39,477 bases of DNA. It comes from Planctomycetales bacterium. GTDB taxonomy: Bacteria > 4484-113. This document shows, piece by piece, positions 17,184 to 26,565 of this stretch. Below the pieces are notes generated by a model. That model made no database searches. It was given only the letters and a program-made list of their open reading frames with translations, and was not told the origin of the DNA. Each line of letters starts with the position of its first letter. The first letter of the stretch is position 1. The translations under genes and the position numbers were made by a program. The DNA lies in assembly GCA_037445915.1 (NCBI GenBank), contig JBBIJQ010000009.1, positions 5,977-45,453 of the forward strand, given 5' to 3'.

Positions 17184-18676
17184 TAACTTCCGCTCCCTTG
17201 CGGCGAGTTGCCAGATACGCCTTCCTCAAACCCCAGCTTGTCCAGCGGAGTCTTTGGCACTTTCAAGCGCGACCCCATTGCGCCTAGCGGCTTAACCTTG
17301 TCGGTATGGAGCACGCCGTTATAGTTGATAAGGTGTGCGGCGTTGCGCATGTCCCAGACAGTTCCAGTCGTGAGCATCGCAAGCGCGTCGCCGGCAACAT
17401 TAAGGTCGCCTACCGAGCTTGCCAGCTCATACAAGTATTCGCGGCATTCCCCCAAATAACGTTCCTCCAGCGTGGTGCGCGAAAGGTATTCCAGCAAAAA
17501 CCGTGTGGCAAGCTCCGTCCGGCCTGAGTCTGCAAGCACGGCTGCCTTGAGGTATGCAAGGGCCGGATGTTTAGGGTCTAATACCTCCAGCGACTTCAGG
17601 TACGCCTTCATTAAGTCAAGGTCGCGGTTGAAGAAGAGCACCCGTGCAACTTCGGCAAGGTACTCGGGGAACATGTTGTAGTTGCTTTCCTTGAGCAGCT
17701 TAGTGACTTTTTGCAAGCCCTCGTAGTCGCGGATGTGCGCGAAGCTGAGGCCGTAAAGGGCGATGCGGTCCCCGCGCCGTGACTGTGCCCCGCCCTGCTG
17801 CATAGACATCAGCACAAGGTGGTACTCGCCGAGCAGGAAGTTCAACTTCAAGTCGTCATACGGCGCGCCCGGCTGGTCAAGCGATGCTTGCTTCCTCGTA
17901 GTCAGGGCAAGTCGTTCGCGCTCAACATACCGGCGGTTATCCATAACAACGCCACGCCCGAGATTAGCCACCAGCATCGCATCCTCAAGTTTCTTTGACG
18001 CCGTCTTGAGGTCGCCCATCCTGTAATGCTGCACTGCTATGTTATTCAGGATGACGCCTTCGTCAATGCCGCCGCTGGGCGCAACCAGGCCGCGCAGTAG
18101 AAAGTCAAAGGTGTAGCGGTTCAGCGCGCTGTCATATGTGAGCAAGAAGTAGTTGTACTTGTATGGCGGGGCGCCCCGGTTGTAGAACACCGGGTCTTTT
18201 TGCCAGAGGATAAGCTGGTTATTGCCCGCAACTTCGTAGCGCATGTCGTAAACCGGCTGGATGCTGAAAACAGGGATGCTGGGATCGGCCCCCGCTAGGT
18301 TGAAGACCAGCATAGCCGTGAGATTCGTGTCTTCAAAAGGCTCACGGAGCGAAACGACTGCGTGCGCCCCGCCCATAACGAAGCCGCAGCTTGAATCGCT
18401 TAACTGCTCTTGCTTCATCTTGCCTTTCGCAATGAGCCGTATCTCTTTTCCGCCACGGCTGTATAGCCGGAACTCGCCATAGCTGCCGTAGTCCAGTATC
18501 GTGGCGGCGTAAGGCATCTCGCCCGGCGCGAACGCCCAGATGGCTTTCTCCTTAGCATGGAGCGCCCTGAAAGCCTGCTCCTGCGCAGGCAGCACGCACC
18601 ATCCGGCAGGAGTCACTGCCGCGAAGACAGCCAAAGTGAACGCGAGTACTCTCCATGCTCTTAGCGGGAACCACAT
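17183..18676 (-). CDS. Secreted hypothetical protein with a TPR-like helical C-terminal half
   Basis: N-terminal hydrophobic signal; LNNIAVQHYRMGDLKTA TPR-like helices. Start moved to ATG 18676 (TACAAT 6 nt upstream). Confidence 0.55.
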   Translation of the reverse strand: MWFPLRAWRVLAFTLAVFAAVTPAGWCVLPAQEQAFRALHAKEKAIWAFAPGEMPYAATILDYGSYGEFRLYSRGGKEIRLIAKGKMKQEQLSDSSCGFVMGGAHAVVSLREPFEDTNLTAMLVFNLAGADPSIPVFSIQPVYDMRYEVAGNNQLILWQKDPVFYNRGAPPYKYNYFLLTYDSALNRYTFDFLLRGLVAPSGGIDEGVILNNIAVQHYRMGDLKTASKKLEDAMLVANLGRGVVMDNRRYVERERLALTTRKQASLDQPGAPYDDLKLNFLLGEYHLVLMSMQQGGAQSRRGDRIALYGLSFAHIRDYEGLQKVTKLLKESNYNMFPEYLAEVARVLFFNRDLDLMKAYLKSLEVLDPKHPALAYLKAAVLADSGRTELATRFLLEYLSRTTLEERYLGECREYLYELASSVGDLNVAGDALAMLTTGTVWDMRNAAHLINYNGVLHTDKVKPLGAMGSRLKVPKTPLDKLGFEEGVSGNSPQGSGS

Positions 18677-18743
18677 ATCGTTATTGTAGCCTAACAAGCC
18701 ATTTTACGCCGTAAACACTCCTTAGGTCGGTGCGGCGCTGGCC

Positions 18744-19355
18744 TCAGCGCGCCGTCCAGCGGCATCCACAGTATTGCTGGCGGTAGACGCCAAGCTCGCG
18801 GGAAAGCTCCACGCTGCGCTTGAAGCCTTCTCCCTTCTTGAAATTAGTCATGATGTAGTCAACGCCGCACTCAGCCGCAGCTGCCATCCCCAGCGCGTTG
18901 ATAAGGCGGTGGTTTTTGTGCGGGCTGACTGTAAGCGTGGTGGCAAAGGCGTCCATGTCAATGTCCCGCGCCTTGCGCGCGATCTCCTGCAGGCGCAATG
19001 AATAGCACTCTTCGCACCGCTTCCCGCCTTCCCGCTCGCTTGCATACGCCGCAAGCGCCTCATCGCAGGATGAAACTTCCCCTTCAGTGCGCGATGAAAC
19101 AACTTCCACCCCGAAATGGCGCGCTACTTGCTTCATCGCCTCAAGCCTGAGCGCGTGTTCTTGTTCCGGTTGGATGTTGGGGTTGAAGAAATAAACGATG
19201 ATGAGCCCTGCGAGCGGCTGCCATACTTCCAGCGCCGCCGCCGCGTCCGGCGCGCAGCAGGCGTGGAGAAGTATTTTCCGCCCGCGGACATCTAAGTCGT
19301 TAAAAGCCAGCGGCTTCCTCTGGGCAGGTTTTCTACGGGGCATTCCCTCGCGCAT
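18744..19355 (-). CDS. queH: Epoxyqueuosine reductase QueH
   Basis: LLHACCAPD, FFNPNIQP, EREGGKRCEECY, TTLTVSPHK, YRQQYCGC. Confidence 0.93.
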   Translation of the reverse strand: MREGMPRRKPAQRKPLAFNDLDVRGRKILLHACCAPDAAAALEVWQPLAGLIIVYFFNPNIQPEQEHALRLEAMKQVARHFGVEVVSSRTEGEVSSCDEALAAYASEREGGKRCEECYSLRLQEIARKARDIDMDAFATTLTVSPHKNHRLINALGMAAAAECGVDYIMTNFKKGEGFKRSVELSRELGVYRQQYCGCRWTAR

Positions 19356-19430
19356 GCGTAAATGATACCACCCGCCTGCGCCCTGGCGGGCAAGTAACGC
19401 ATAAAGCCGCGTGATTACTGGCGTTCGGGC

Positions 19431-19459
19431 TTGCTAACGCTGCTTGCGCATGATAGAAT
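19431..19459 (+). promoter_or_regulatory. Putative sigma70 promoter of hup
   Basis: TTGCTA-17 nt-TAGAAT with extended TG. Confidence 0.55.
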
Positions 19460-19492
19460 CTTCTCATCCTAATTCTCACGAGGGGAAGTGGT

Positions 19493-19780
19493 ATGACTAA
19501 AGCACTTGGAAAAACAGAGCTCGTCGCCGAGGTCGCTAAGACCGCCAAAATTGAAAAGGCCAAATCAAAAGCGGCCGTTGATGCCACCATCGCGGTCATC
19601 ACCAACACGCTCAAGAAGGGCGGGAAGGTGCAGATCACCGGCTTTGGCACCTTTGAGGTCGTCCGGCGGAAGAAGCGTACCGGAGTGAACCCGCAGACCG
19701 GTGCGAAAATCATCATTCAAGCGCGCAAAGCCCCGAAGTTCACCGCGGGCAAGACTCTGAAAGACTACGTCGGCAAGTAA
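19493..19780 (+). CDS. hup: HU family DNA-binding protein
   Basis: GKTELVAEVA, VQITGFGTFEV, RTGVNPQTG, PKFTAGKTLK. Confidence 0.97.
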   Translation: MTKALGKTELVAEVAKTAKIEKAKSKAAVDATIAVITNTLKKGGKVQITGFGTFEVVRRKKRTGVNPQTGAKIIIQARKAPKFTAGKTLKDYVGK

Positions 19781-19806
19781 CGGCCACATGACTACAATTA
19801 CGTGCG

Positions 19807-19831
19807 GGGGCGGCCTCGGCCGCCCCTTTTC
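19807..19831 (+). terminator. Intrinsic terminator after hup
   Basis: GGGGCGGCC-TC-GGCCGCCCC followed by a T run. Confidence 0.75.
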
Positions 19832-19880
19832 GCTTAACGTGGTTCTCCGCCGCGAATGATAGCAGCGGATTATTGCGCTG

Positions 19881-21200
19881 TTACATCCCCAGCGCCTTCC
19901 TGACCGCGGCTTCAAGCCGGCCATGCTCGCGCTCTACCAGGCGGTAGGTGACGCGCGCCGCACGCTGCTTTATCGGGATGACCCGCCGCAGGTCAATTGG
20001 CGTGCCTATGACCACTGTGTCGCAATCAACTGCCGCGATGGATTCCTCAAGCTCCTTGAGCTGCTTGGGGAAGTAACCCAGCGCAGGGAGCACTTCGGAA
20101 AGGTGCTTGTAACGCTTGAAAGCGTCGGCGATGCTGCCGTGCGCGTGCTCGCGCGGGTCCACGATGCTCGCCGCGCCATACTTCTTCGCCGCAAGGTAAG
20201 CAGCGCCGAAGGGCATATCCCCGTGGGTCACAGTCGGGCCGTCTTCAACGAGCAACACTCGCTTGCCATTAATCAGTTCCGGGTCTTCAACTTCAACCGG
20301 CGAATCGCAAAGCAGCACCTCCGCATTGGGGTTGCGCGACTTAACATTTGCGGCAACCTTCTCCACCGCCTCAATTGAGGAAGTATCCGCCTTGTTCACA
20401 ATGACAACGTCAGCAGCCTTGAGGTTGTACTCGCTGGGGTAGTAGGTAAGCTCATTGCCTGCGCGGTGCGGGTCCGTGACTGTTACCATCAAGTCGCTTG
20501 CAAAGAAAGTCGCATCGTTGTTCCCGCCATCCCAAAGCACGGCGTCTGCGCAGCTTTCAGCCTCGCGGAGGATCGCTTCGTAGTCAATGCCCGCAAAGAG
20601 AACATTGCCCTCGTTAATGTGCGGCTCGTACTCTTCCATCTCCTCAATCGTGCAGTTGTGCCGCTTCAAGTCCTCAAGCGTCTCATACTTCTGCACCCGC
20701 TGCTCAATCAAGTTGCCGTAGGGCATCGGGTGGCGCACAACGGCTGCGCGCTTGCCGAGTTTCTTGAGGATAGAGGCGATATAGCGCGTGGTTTGGCTCT
20801 TGCCGCAGCCGGTGCGGACTGCGACGGTTGAAATCACCGGCTTCGTGGACTTCAGCATTGACCCGGCAGGCGGAAGGAATCCGTATTCCGAGCCGGTCGC
20901 GAGGACGCGCGCGCCAAGCTGCATCACGCTGTTGTAAGACTCGTCGCTGTAGCAAAAGTAGCAAACATCAACTTTATGCTTGCGAATGAGTTCTTCCAAA
21001 TCGTCCATAGATTCAATCGGAATGCCTTCGGGGTATAGCCCGCCCGCAAGCCCTGGCGGGTAAACGCGCCCGTCTATTTCGGGAATCTGTGTGGCAGTGA
21101 ACGCGGCGACTCTATAAGCCGGGTTGTCGCGAAAAACTACGTTAAAATCGTGGAAGTCGCGGCCGGCTGCCCCGATGATTATCACGTTCCTGTGTTGCAT
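19881..21200 (-). CDS. COG2403 P-loop protein (cyclic 2,3-diphosphoglycerate synthetase-like; ArcE arginine synthetase-like)
   Basis: IIIGAAGRDFHDFN, FTATQIP, AVRTGCGKSQ, RHPMPYG, TIEEMEEYEPHI, WDGGNND, VEDGPT. Start 21200 follows GGAGGTGA. Confidence 0.85.
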   Translation of the reverse strand: MQHRNVIIIGAAGRDFHDFNVVFRDNPAYRVAAFTATQIPEIDGRVYPPGLAGGLYPEGIPIESMDDLEELIRKHKVDVCYFCYSDESYNSVMQLGARVLATGSEYGFLPPAGSMLKSTKPVISTVAVRTGCGKSQTTRYIASILKKLGKRAAVVRHPMPYGNLIEQRVQKYETLEDLKRHNCTIEEMEEYEPHINEGNVLFAGIDYEAILREAESCADAVLWDGGNNDATFFASDLMVTVTDPHRAGNELTYYPSEYNLKAADVVIVNKADTSSIEAVEKVAANVKSRNPNAEVLLCDSPVEVEDPELINGKRVLLVEDGPTVTHGDMPFGAAYLAAKKYGAASIVDPREHAHGSIADAFKRYKHLSEVLPALGYFPKQLKELEESIAAVDCDTVVIGTPIDLRRVIPIKQRAARVTYRLVEREHGRLEAAVRKALGM

Positions 21201-21243
21201 ATCACCTCCGCCGGCGGCTTTAGCCGGCACCATATGATTAGTA

Positions 21244-22662
21244 TCATATCAGAGCAAACTCGCTTGTGAAGTGCCGTAGGAAAGGAGCTTCTTTAATGAA
21301 CTTCACTCCCTTGATGGACTGCGGCTTACTCTTAAGCCGCAAAACCGCGTTAATCACGAAATCAAGCTGGTCGTAGGAGTAAACGCGGCGCGGTATCGCC
21401 AGCCGTACCAAATCCAAGCCATCGTTGCGGTCTTTGCCGGTCTTGGGGTCGCGCCCACGCAAGATTGTCCCTATCTCGCAAGCGCGGATGCCCGAATCCA
21501 AGTATAGCGCCAGCGCAAACGCGTGGCCGGGATACTGCTCCTTCGGGATGTGCGGGCAGAACGCGCGCGCGTCTATATAAACCGCGTGCCCGCCAGGGGG
21601 CATTACAACGCGCACCCCCTGCTTCCAAAGCGAAGTCGCCAGGAAGGCGGTCTGGCTCATGCGGTGGCGCAAATAGCCAATCTCAGTTGCCTCCCGCAGC
21701 CCCACGGCTATCGCTGCCAAGTCGCGTCCGGCTAGCCCGCCGTAAGTGATGAAGCCGTCAAAGAGGATTGTGTATTTGCGCAACTCGTCGTAAAGATTCC
21801 TGTGCCTCGTGGCGACAAAGCCGCCGATGTTTACCAGCCCGTCCTTCTTTGCGGACATGATCATCCCGTCGGCGTAGGAGAGGAATTCGCGGAGTATTGC
21901 GCCAATGGACTTGCGCGACTGCCCAGGTTCGTAAGCCTTGATGAAGTAAGCATTCTCGGAGATGCGCGCGGAATCAACGAACAGCGGCACTCTATGCTTG
22001 CGGCACACTTCCGCCACTTCTTTGATGTTGCGCATCGACACAGGCTGGCCGCCTCCGCTGTTGCAAGTCGCGGTGAGGATGGCCAGCGGGACTTTCTCAG
22101 CGTGCCTGCCCATAAACGCCGCAAAGCCCTCCACATCCATATCGCCTTTGAACATTGAAAGGTCGTCAAGGTCAAAGATGCGCTTGTCGGGGAACTCGCG
22201 AAGCACGCCGCCCCGGTATTCAATGTGCGCGCCCGTCGTGTCAAAGTGCATGTTGCCCGGAACAATCATCCCCTTGCGCGAGATGAAATGGCTCATCAGC
22301 ACAAGCTCTGCGCTGCGCCCTTGGTGCGAGGGAAGGACGTGCTCAAAGCCGAAAAGGTCGCGCACCGTGTCGCGAAAAAGCGTGAATGAGGCTGCGCCGG
22401 CGTAGGATTCGTCTCCCGCTTGCAGGGCGGCCCACTGCGCCTGGCTCATCGCGCCTGTGCCGGAATCTGTAAGCAGGTCAACGGATACATCACGGCTCGC
22501 GACGTTAAACAAGTTGTTTCCCGAGCGCTCAAGAATGCGCTTCCGCTGGGCGCGTGTCGTGTGATAGACCGGCTCAACGGACTTTATCTTGAAGGGCTCG
22601 GGAACTTTGAGGTCGTCGGCACAAGCCGGCGGCTCCCACATTACAAGTTTAGAGTAGCCCAT
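21244..22662 (-). CDS. tnaA: Tryptophanase (PLP beta-eliminating lyase)
   Basis: PEPFKIKSVE, DLLTDSGT, GDESYAG, HQGR, MSAKKDG (PLP Lys), RLAIPRRVY. EIG (not ERG) and RHFT (not FFT) favour tryptophanase over tyrosine phenol-lyase. Confidence 0.88.
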   Translation of the reverse strand: MGYSKLVMWEPPACADDLKVPEPFKIKSVEPVYHTTRAQRKRILERSGNNLFNVASRDVSVDLLTDSGTGAMSQAQWAALQAGDESYAGAASFTLFRDTVRDLFGFEHVLPSHQGRSAELVLMSHFISRKGMIVPGNMHFDTTGAHIEYRGGVLREFPDKRIFDLDDLSMFKGDMDVEGFAAFMGRHAEKVPLAILTATCNSGGGQPVSMRNIKEVAEVCRKHRVPLFVDSARISENAYFIKAYEPGQSRKSIGAILREFLSYADGMIMSAKKDGLVNIGGFVATRHRNLYDELRKYTILFDGFITYGGLAGRDLAAIAVGLREATEIGYLRHRMSQTAFLATSLWKQGVRVVMPPGGHAVYIDARAFCPHIPKEQYPGHAFALALYLDSGIRACEIGTILRGRDPKTGKDRNDGLDLVRLAIPRRVYSYDQLDFVINAVLRLKSKPQSIKGVKFIKEAPFLRHFTSEFALI

Positions 22663-22757
22663 ACTTCTCCCGTTCCGATGAGTTCTGCACTGGCCGGGAT
22701 AACTGGGCTCGGCGTCACTACCAAGGCTAACTGATGTGATTATAGCATACGCTTAGG

Positions 22758-23627
22758 CTATTGGCGCTCTTCGGAGGGCGTGTCTTCAGGAGGCGGGGGA
22801 ATACCAGGAAAAGCCTTGGACTGCGCATCTTCTCCCTGCGCGTCGCCGCTTGGGCGGCGCAGGCGGAGGTAACCGTAAACGCCCGCCGCGTTTGCCGCAA
22901 TCAACAGCCCAGTCAAGACTGCCGACGCCTCCGGCCCAAAGCTGCCGCCGGTCAACATCGGCGCGCCCTGGGGAACGATGGTAAAGGGGTGCCAGCGCGT
23001 ACTGAACTCCAGGCCGGAAACGGGAAGATTCACAACTTCCAGCAGCGCGTTCCACCCGAAGTGGAACCCAAACGCCATCGTCAGCCCGCGTGTGTAGAGC
23101 AAAGTCAGCGACAGCAGCAGCCCTACGAGAAAGATGTTTACAAGCGCCGTCTTAACCACTGCGGGATTTTCAGCGTGTGCGAATGAAAACACTGCCGAGC
23201 TAATGACAGCGGCGTTCAACCACAGCGTAGCCTGCACGCTGCGCATCCGAGTGAACTGCTTGCCTACCACCGCCAGCAGCATATACCCAAGCGTGATGAC
23301 TAGCAGCAACGGCAGGATGCCACGATAGACAAGCTCTTCACCCATTGCCGCCAGCGCGAGCATCGGGTAGGTGTTCTGCAGTTCCACTGCGGTTGCCGGG
23401 TCTGGCGCGCCGGGCAGAAAGATGAAATAGCCGCTGATGGCGCCCGGCAGTATCGTTAGCGCAAGGAGCGCAGCCGCAATTGCTGCGCCTGCAAGCAAGC
23501 TGAGCGCCCAGCGCATAAGAATAACCCTTGGCGCTTCCCGCGATGGCGGAATCGCAAGCAGTTGCCGGAAAACCACGAACCGCAGTCCGAGATAGATAGC
23601 AGCTGCGACAAGGAGTGTGCCAATCAT
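22758..23627 (-). CDS. CPBP family intramembrane glutamic endopeptidase
   Basis: EELVYRG, FSFAH, HFGWN, GGSFGPEAS; ATGA overlap with the upstream GT4 gene. Confidence 0.88.
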   Translation of the reverse strand: MIGTLLVAAAIYLGLRFVVFRQLLAIPPSREAPRVILMRWALSLLAGAAIAAALLALTILPGAISGYFIFLPGAPDPATAVELQNTYPMLALAAMGEELVYRGILPLLLVITLGYMLLAVVGKQFTRMRSVQATLWLNAAVISSAVFSFAHAENPAVVKTALVNIFLVGLLLSLTLLYTRGLTMAFGFHFGWNALLEVVNLPVSGLEFSTRWHPFTIVPQGAPMLTGGSFGPEASAVLTGLLIAANAAGVYGYLRLRRPSGDAQGEDAQSKAFPGIPPPPEDTPSEERQ

Positions 23628-24751
23628 CGTTTGCAAGTCTCCTGCAATACCTCAAGGAATGCGCGGTATGTCTCGCCCCATGTGAACTGCTGCGCCTGCT
23701 GACTGGCTTCCCTGCCAAGCCGCGCGCGGATGCGTGCATCGTGCGCAAGCAGTGAGAGGTGCGAATGAAATTCTTCAACCGAATGCGCGAGCAGGGATGC
23801 GGTCGTCTCCGGGTGCGCGGCGACATTGAACGCAACAGCTGGCACACCGAACCATGCCGCTTCCACAAGCGGCAGGTTGAAGCCTTCCCATTCGCTTGGC
23901 GATGCGTAAATGTCCAGTGCCGAGTAGAACGCGGGCATTTCCTCCGGGGGCAAATTAAGCAGCGGATCGGCCCCCTCGGCCCGCAGCCAAGCCTCGTCTT
24001 CCGGCGAGCCAAGCCCCGCAAGCGCAAGCTTCACCGGCGCGCCTTGCGCCCGCAGCGACTTCCATACCGCAATAAGCTCGCTAAGGTTTTTGTATGGCGC
24101 GTGCCTGCGGTGCAGCCGCGTACAGCACCCAAGCGCAATTTCACTTTCGCTTATGCCTAGCCGTTCCCTCATGCGCCTGCGCAGCTCATTTTGCTCCTCG
24201 CCGCGCTGCAACATCGCGCTGTAATAGTGGTCGCCGCCGAGGTGAATCACATGCAGCTTGTGCTGCGCCTCCGGCAGGAACCGCTGGGCAAGGAACTGCG
24301 AAATAGTCACAACCGCATCTGCGCGCAGCGTGTGCAGGTATGTTTCCATCAAGTGCAGATACTGCCAGTTCGCCTTGCCGCGTAGGCTAAAACCCGATGT
24401 TGGCACATTGCCAAAATCGTAATGCACAATGGGGCCGGCGTACGCGCAGCGCGCCCCGTAGAAAGGGAATGTGGCGGGAACGATAACATCGCAGTCCGCA
24501 AGCTTCGCTTGAATGCGCTTCATCGCCCGGCTGGCGTTCCACTCGTATAGCGGGAGGGCACGGTTATTCTTCCCGCCCTGCACTTCCAGCTTCTCAATGC
24601 AAATGCCCTCGCGCAGGTAGGTTTCGTCAAACGTTGTGGTAAACACAACCGCGCCGTGCCCGTCCTGCGCCAGCCTGCGCGCGAGTTCGCCCACGACGAG
24701 GTCAACGCCGTATCCTAAAAGCATGCGCACTGTGAGAAAACCAACCTGCAC
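23624..24751 (-). CDS. Glycosyltransferase family 4
   Basis: GYGVDLVV, VVTISQF, EGFNLPLVEAA, FTW. Start moved to GTG 24751 to avoid overlap with punA; an extended -10 lies 6 nt upstream. Confidence 0.9.
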   Translation of the reverse strand: MQVGFLTVRMLLGYGVDLVVGELARRLAQDGHGAVVFTTTFDETYLREGICIEKLEVQGGKNNRALPLYEWNASRAMKRIQAKLADCDVIVPATFPFYGARCAYAGPIVHYDFGNVPTSGFSLRGKANWQYLHLMETYLHTLRADAVVTISQFLAQRFLPEAQHKLHVIHLGGDHYYSAMLQRGEEQNELRRRMRERLGISESEIALGCCTRLHRRHAPYKNLSELIAVWKSLRAQGAPVKLALAGLGSPEDEAWLRAEGADPLLNLPPEEMPAFYSALDIYASPSEWEGFNLPLVEAAWFGVPAVAFNVAAHPETTASLLAHSVEEFHSHLSLLAHDARIRARLGREASQQAQQFTWGETYRAFLEVLQETCKR

Positions 24752-24791
24752 GCAGCAATGATAGCAGAGGCGGCAGATGGTAAAATAAGCT

Positions 24792-25625
24792 GTGCTTCCC
24801 GATAAGATTAGCCGCGCCGAACTCGTGCACATGTCCGAAGAAGCGTCTGCGTTCATCCGCGATAAGCTGGGGATGGCACCTTCCATCGCAGTCCAGACCG
24901 GAAGCGGCATTGCGCTTGGAAGGAAGGCGGAAGGCATACTCGCGTTCAAGGATATCCCCTACTTTCCCGAGCTGACAGTGCCGGGGCATGCGGGCGAACT
25001 GCGTTATGTCCACGGCGATGCCGGAAGCTTCCTGCACATATCCGGCCGCGCGCACTACTACGAAGGGATTCCCGCATGGCTGCTGGGATTGCCGCTATGG
25101 GCGCTTTTGCGCCTTGGCGTGCGGGATTACGTGAGCATCAGCGCATGCGGCGCGATCGACGATGGCTTGGACATCGGCTCGTGCGCGGTGATAAGCGATT
25201 ACATTAACGCTGCCGGAGTGAATCCTCTGCGCGGCATCACCGGGGAAAGCGGCATGATGGAGTTTCCCGCGATGCGCGACATCGCCGACCCAGGGCTTGC
25301 TAACGCCGCTGATGCTGCCGCTGAGAAAGCAGGTATAAGGCTTGAGCGCGCCGTGTATGCGATGTTACCTGGGCCCGCGTATGAGACGATTGCCGAGTTG
25401 CGCGCCTTGCAGACGCTCGGAGCGACTGTAGTGGGAATGAGCACGGTGCCCGAGATGATGGTCGCGCGCGCCCTTAAGATGCGAACGCTCGCTATCGCCG
25501 TAATAACGAACAAGCCGCTTGCATCGCGTCCCCTGCACGCTGATGTCGTCGCGATGGCGCGCGAAATGCAGCCGGCGGTGGAGCTGTGGCTATATGGCTT
25601 TCTCGCCGCAAGGGAGTTAGCATGA
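24792..25625 (+). CDS. punA: Purine nucleoside phosphorylase (trimeric type)
   Basis: GSG, IPYFP...VPGHAG, GRAHYYEG, NPLRG, GPAYET.AE, VGMSTVPE, ITN. Confidence 0.92.
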   Translation: MLPDKISRAELVHMSEEASAFIRDKLGMAPSIAVQTGSGIALGRKAEGILAFKDIPYFPELTVPGHAGELRYVHGDAGSFLHISGRAHYYEGIPAWLLGLPLWALLRLGVRDYVSISACGAIDDGLDIGSCAVISDYINAAGVNPLRGITGESGMMEFPAMRDIADPGLANAADAAAEKAGIRLERAVYAMLPGPAYETIAELRALQTLGATVVGMSTVPEMMVARALKMRTLAIAVITNKPLASRPLHADVVAMAREMQPAVELWLYGFLAARELA

Positions 25626-25936
25626 GCCGCAAAGAAACGATGACCGCCCAAAAGTTTCGCACGCTGCTGATGCGGCTTGTGGCGTTGTTATTCGTTTGGG
25701 GACTCGTCATCCATTTCATTTCGCGCACTGTAGTGACGTATTCTCAGTATCGCGCGGTCTCGCGCGAGCTTGCGCAAGCGAGCGCGGAATATGACCGGAT
25801 GTTTCACGACTACTCTGACCGGCTGTGGGAGGGCGATAGGCTTGCTAATGATAAGGAATACCAAAGGCAGTTATTAAAGAATAGTTATTATTACTATGAG
25901 GCTGACGAGCAGCCTATGATAGTGGTTGACCAATAG
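25622..25936 (+). CDS. Small bitopic membrane protein, possibly FtsB/DivIC-like
   Basis: One N-terminal TM segment followed by a short coiled-coil-like region; GGGAG SD, start overlaps the punA stop. Family assignment is weak. Confidence 0.5.
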   Translation: MSRKETMTAQKFRTLLMRLVALLFVWGLVIHFISRTVVTYSQYRAVSRELAQASAEYDRMFHDYSDRLWEGDRLANDKEYQRQLLKNSYYYYEADEQPMIVVDQ

Positions 25937-26152
25937 GCCTTTATGGCCTTCCCCTCACTCACGCACTTTGCGCAAGGCTCGCTATTTCGTTTTAAAACCC
26001 GCCCTCCCGCTAGAAGGGCTTTTAGGGAATCGTGGAGGAATCGTGAAAGGCAGTTGAGAATGAGACCTCTGAATGGGAAAAATAGCTAAGGTTAAATCTT
26101 GGTAAAACTCTATCCGCAGGTTCTCAACACGGTCGCTTTGAGGAGGGTCCCG

Positions 26153-26281
26153 ATGGCTGATAAGAAGAAGGCTCCGGACAAGAAGGCTCCTGCCAAGAAG
26201 GCTCCTGCCAAGAAGGCCCCGGCCAAGAAGGCTCCGGCTAAGAAGGCACCGGCCAAGAAGGCACCGGCCAAGAAGAAGTAG
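26153..26281 (+). CDS. 42-aa histone H1-like (KKAPA)n basic protein
   Basis: GAGGAGG SD before ATG 26153; MADKKKAPDKKAPAKKAPA...KKK with 18 Lys in 42 aa; the 15-bp repeat varies mainly at third codon positions. Confidence 0.8.
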   Translation: MADKKKAPDKKAPAKKAPAKKAPAKKAPAKKAPAKKAPAKKK

Positions 26282-26302
26282 TAATTACGTTGTCACCGCA
26301 TT

Positions 26303-26342
26303 GCGGGGGTAAAAGGCTCCAGCCTTTCCCCCGCTACTTTTT
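26303..26342 (+). terminator. Intrinsic terminator after the H1-like gene
   Basis: GCGGGGGTAAAAGGCT-CC-AGCCTTTCCCCCGC then TACTTTTT. Confidence 0.7.
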
Positions 26343-26565
26343 AAGCCTCCACCTCCCCCCTCAAAGCCCACCTGTATTTCCAACCTTTTTCTATCAGTAT
26401 TAACTTGAAACTCTATCTGACCAGCTTTGCATGCGGGCATTCGCTGTCAATGCGGCTTTTTAGCCTGCCAAGCACGCTATTGCCTGTAATAACGCGCATG
26501 TTCCACGCGAAGCTGCGCGTAAACAGCATGATTGCTGGGGGTATAAGCGTGATGGGCGTATGCAA

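Noticed and set aside
22641-22724. 27-aa minus-strand uORF with one Trp overlapping the tnaA start, as a TnaC-like leader
   Set aside because: TTG start without SD, wrong Trp position, no terminal Pro, and it overlaps tnaA; it does not resemble TnaC
26162-26278. 15-bp tandem repeat as a non-coding VNTR or CRISPR
   Set aside because: It is in frame after a strong SD and varies mainly at synonymous positions, so it is coding
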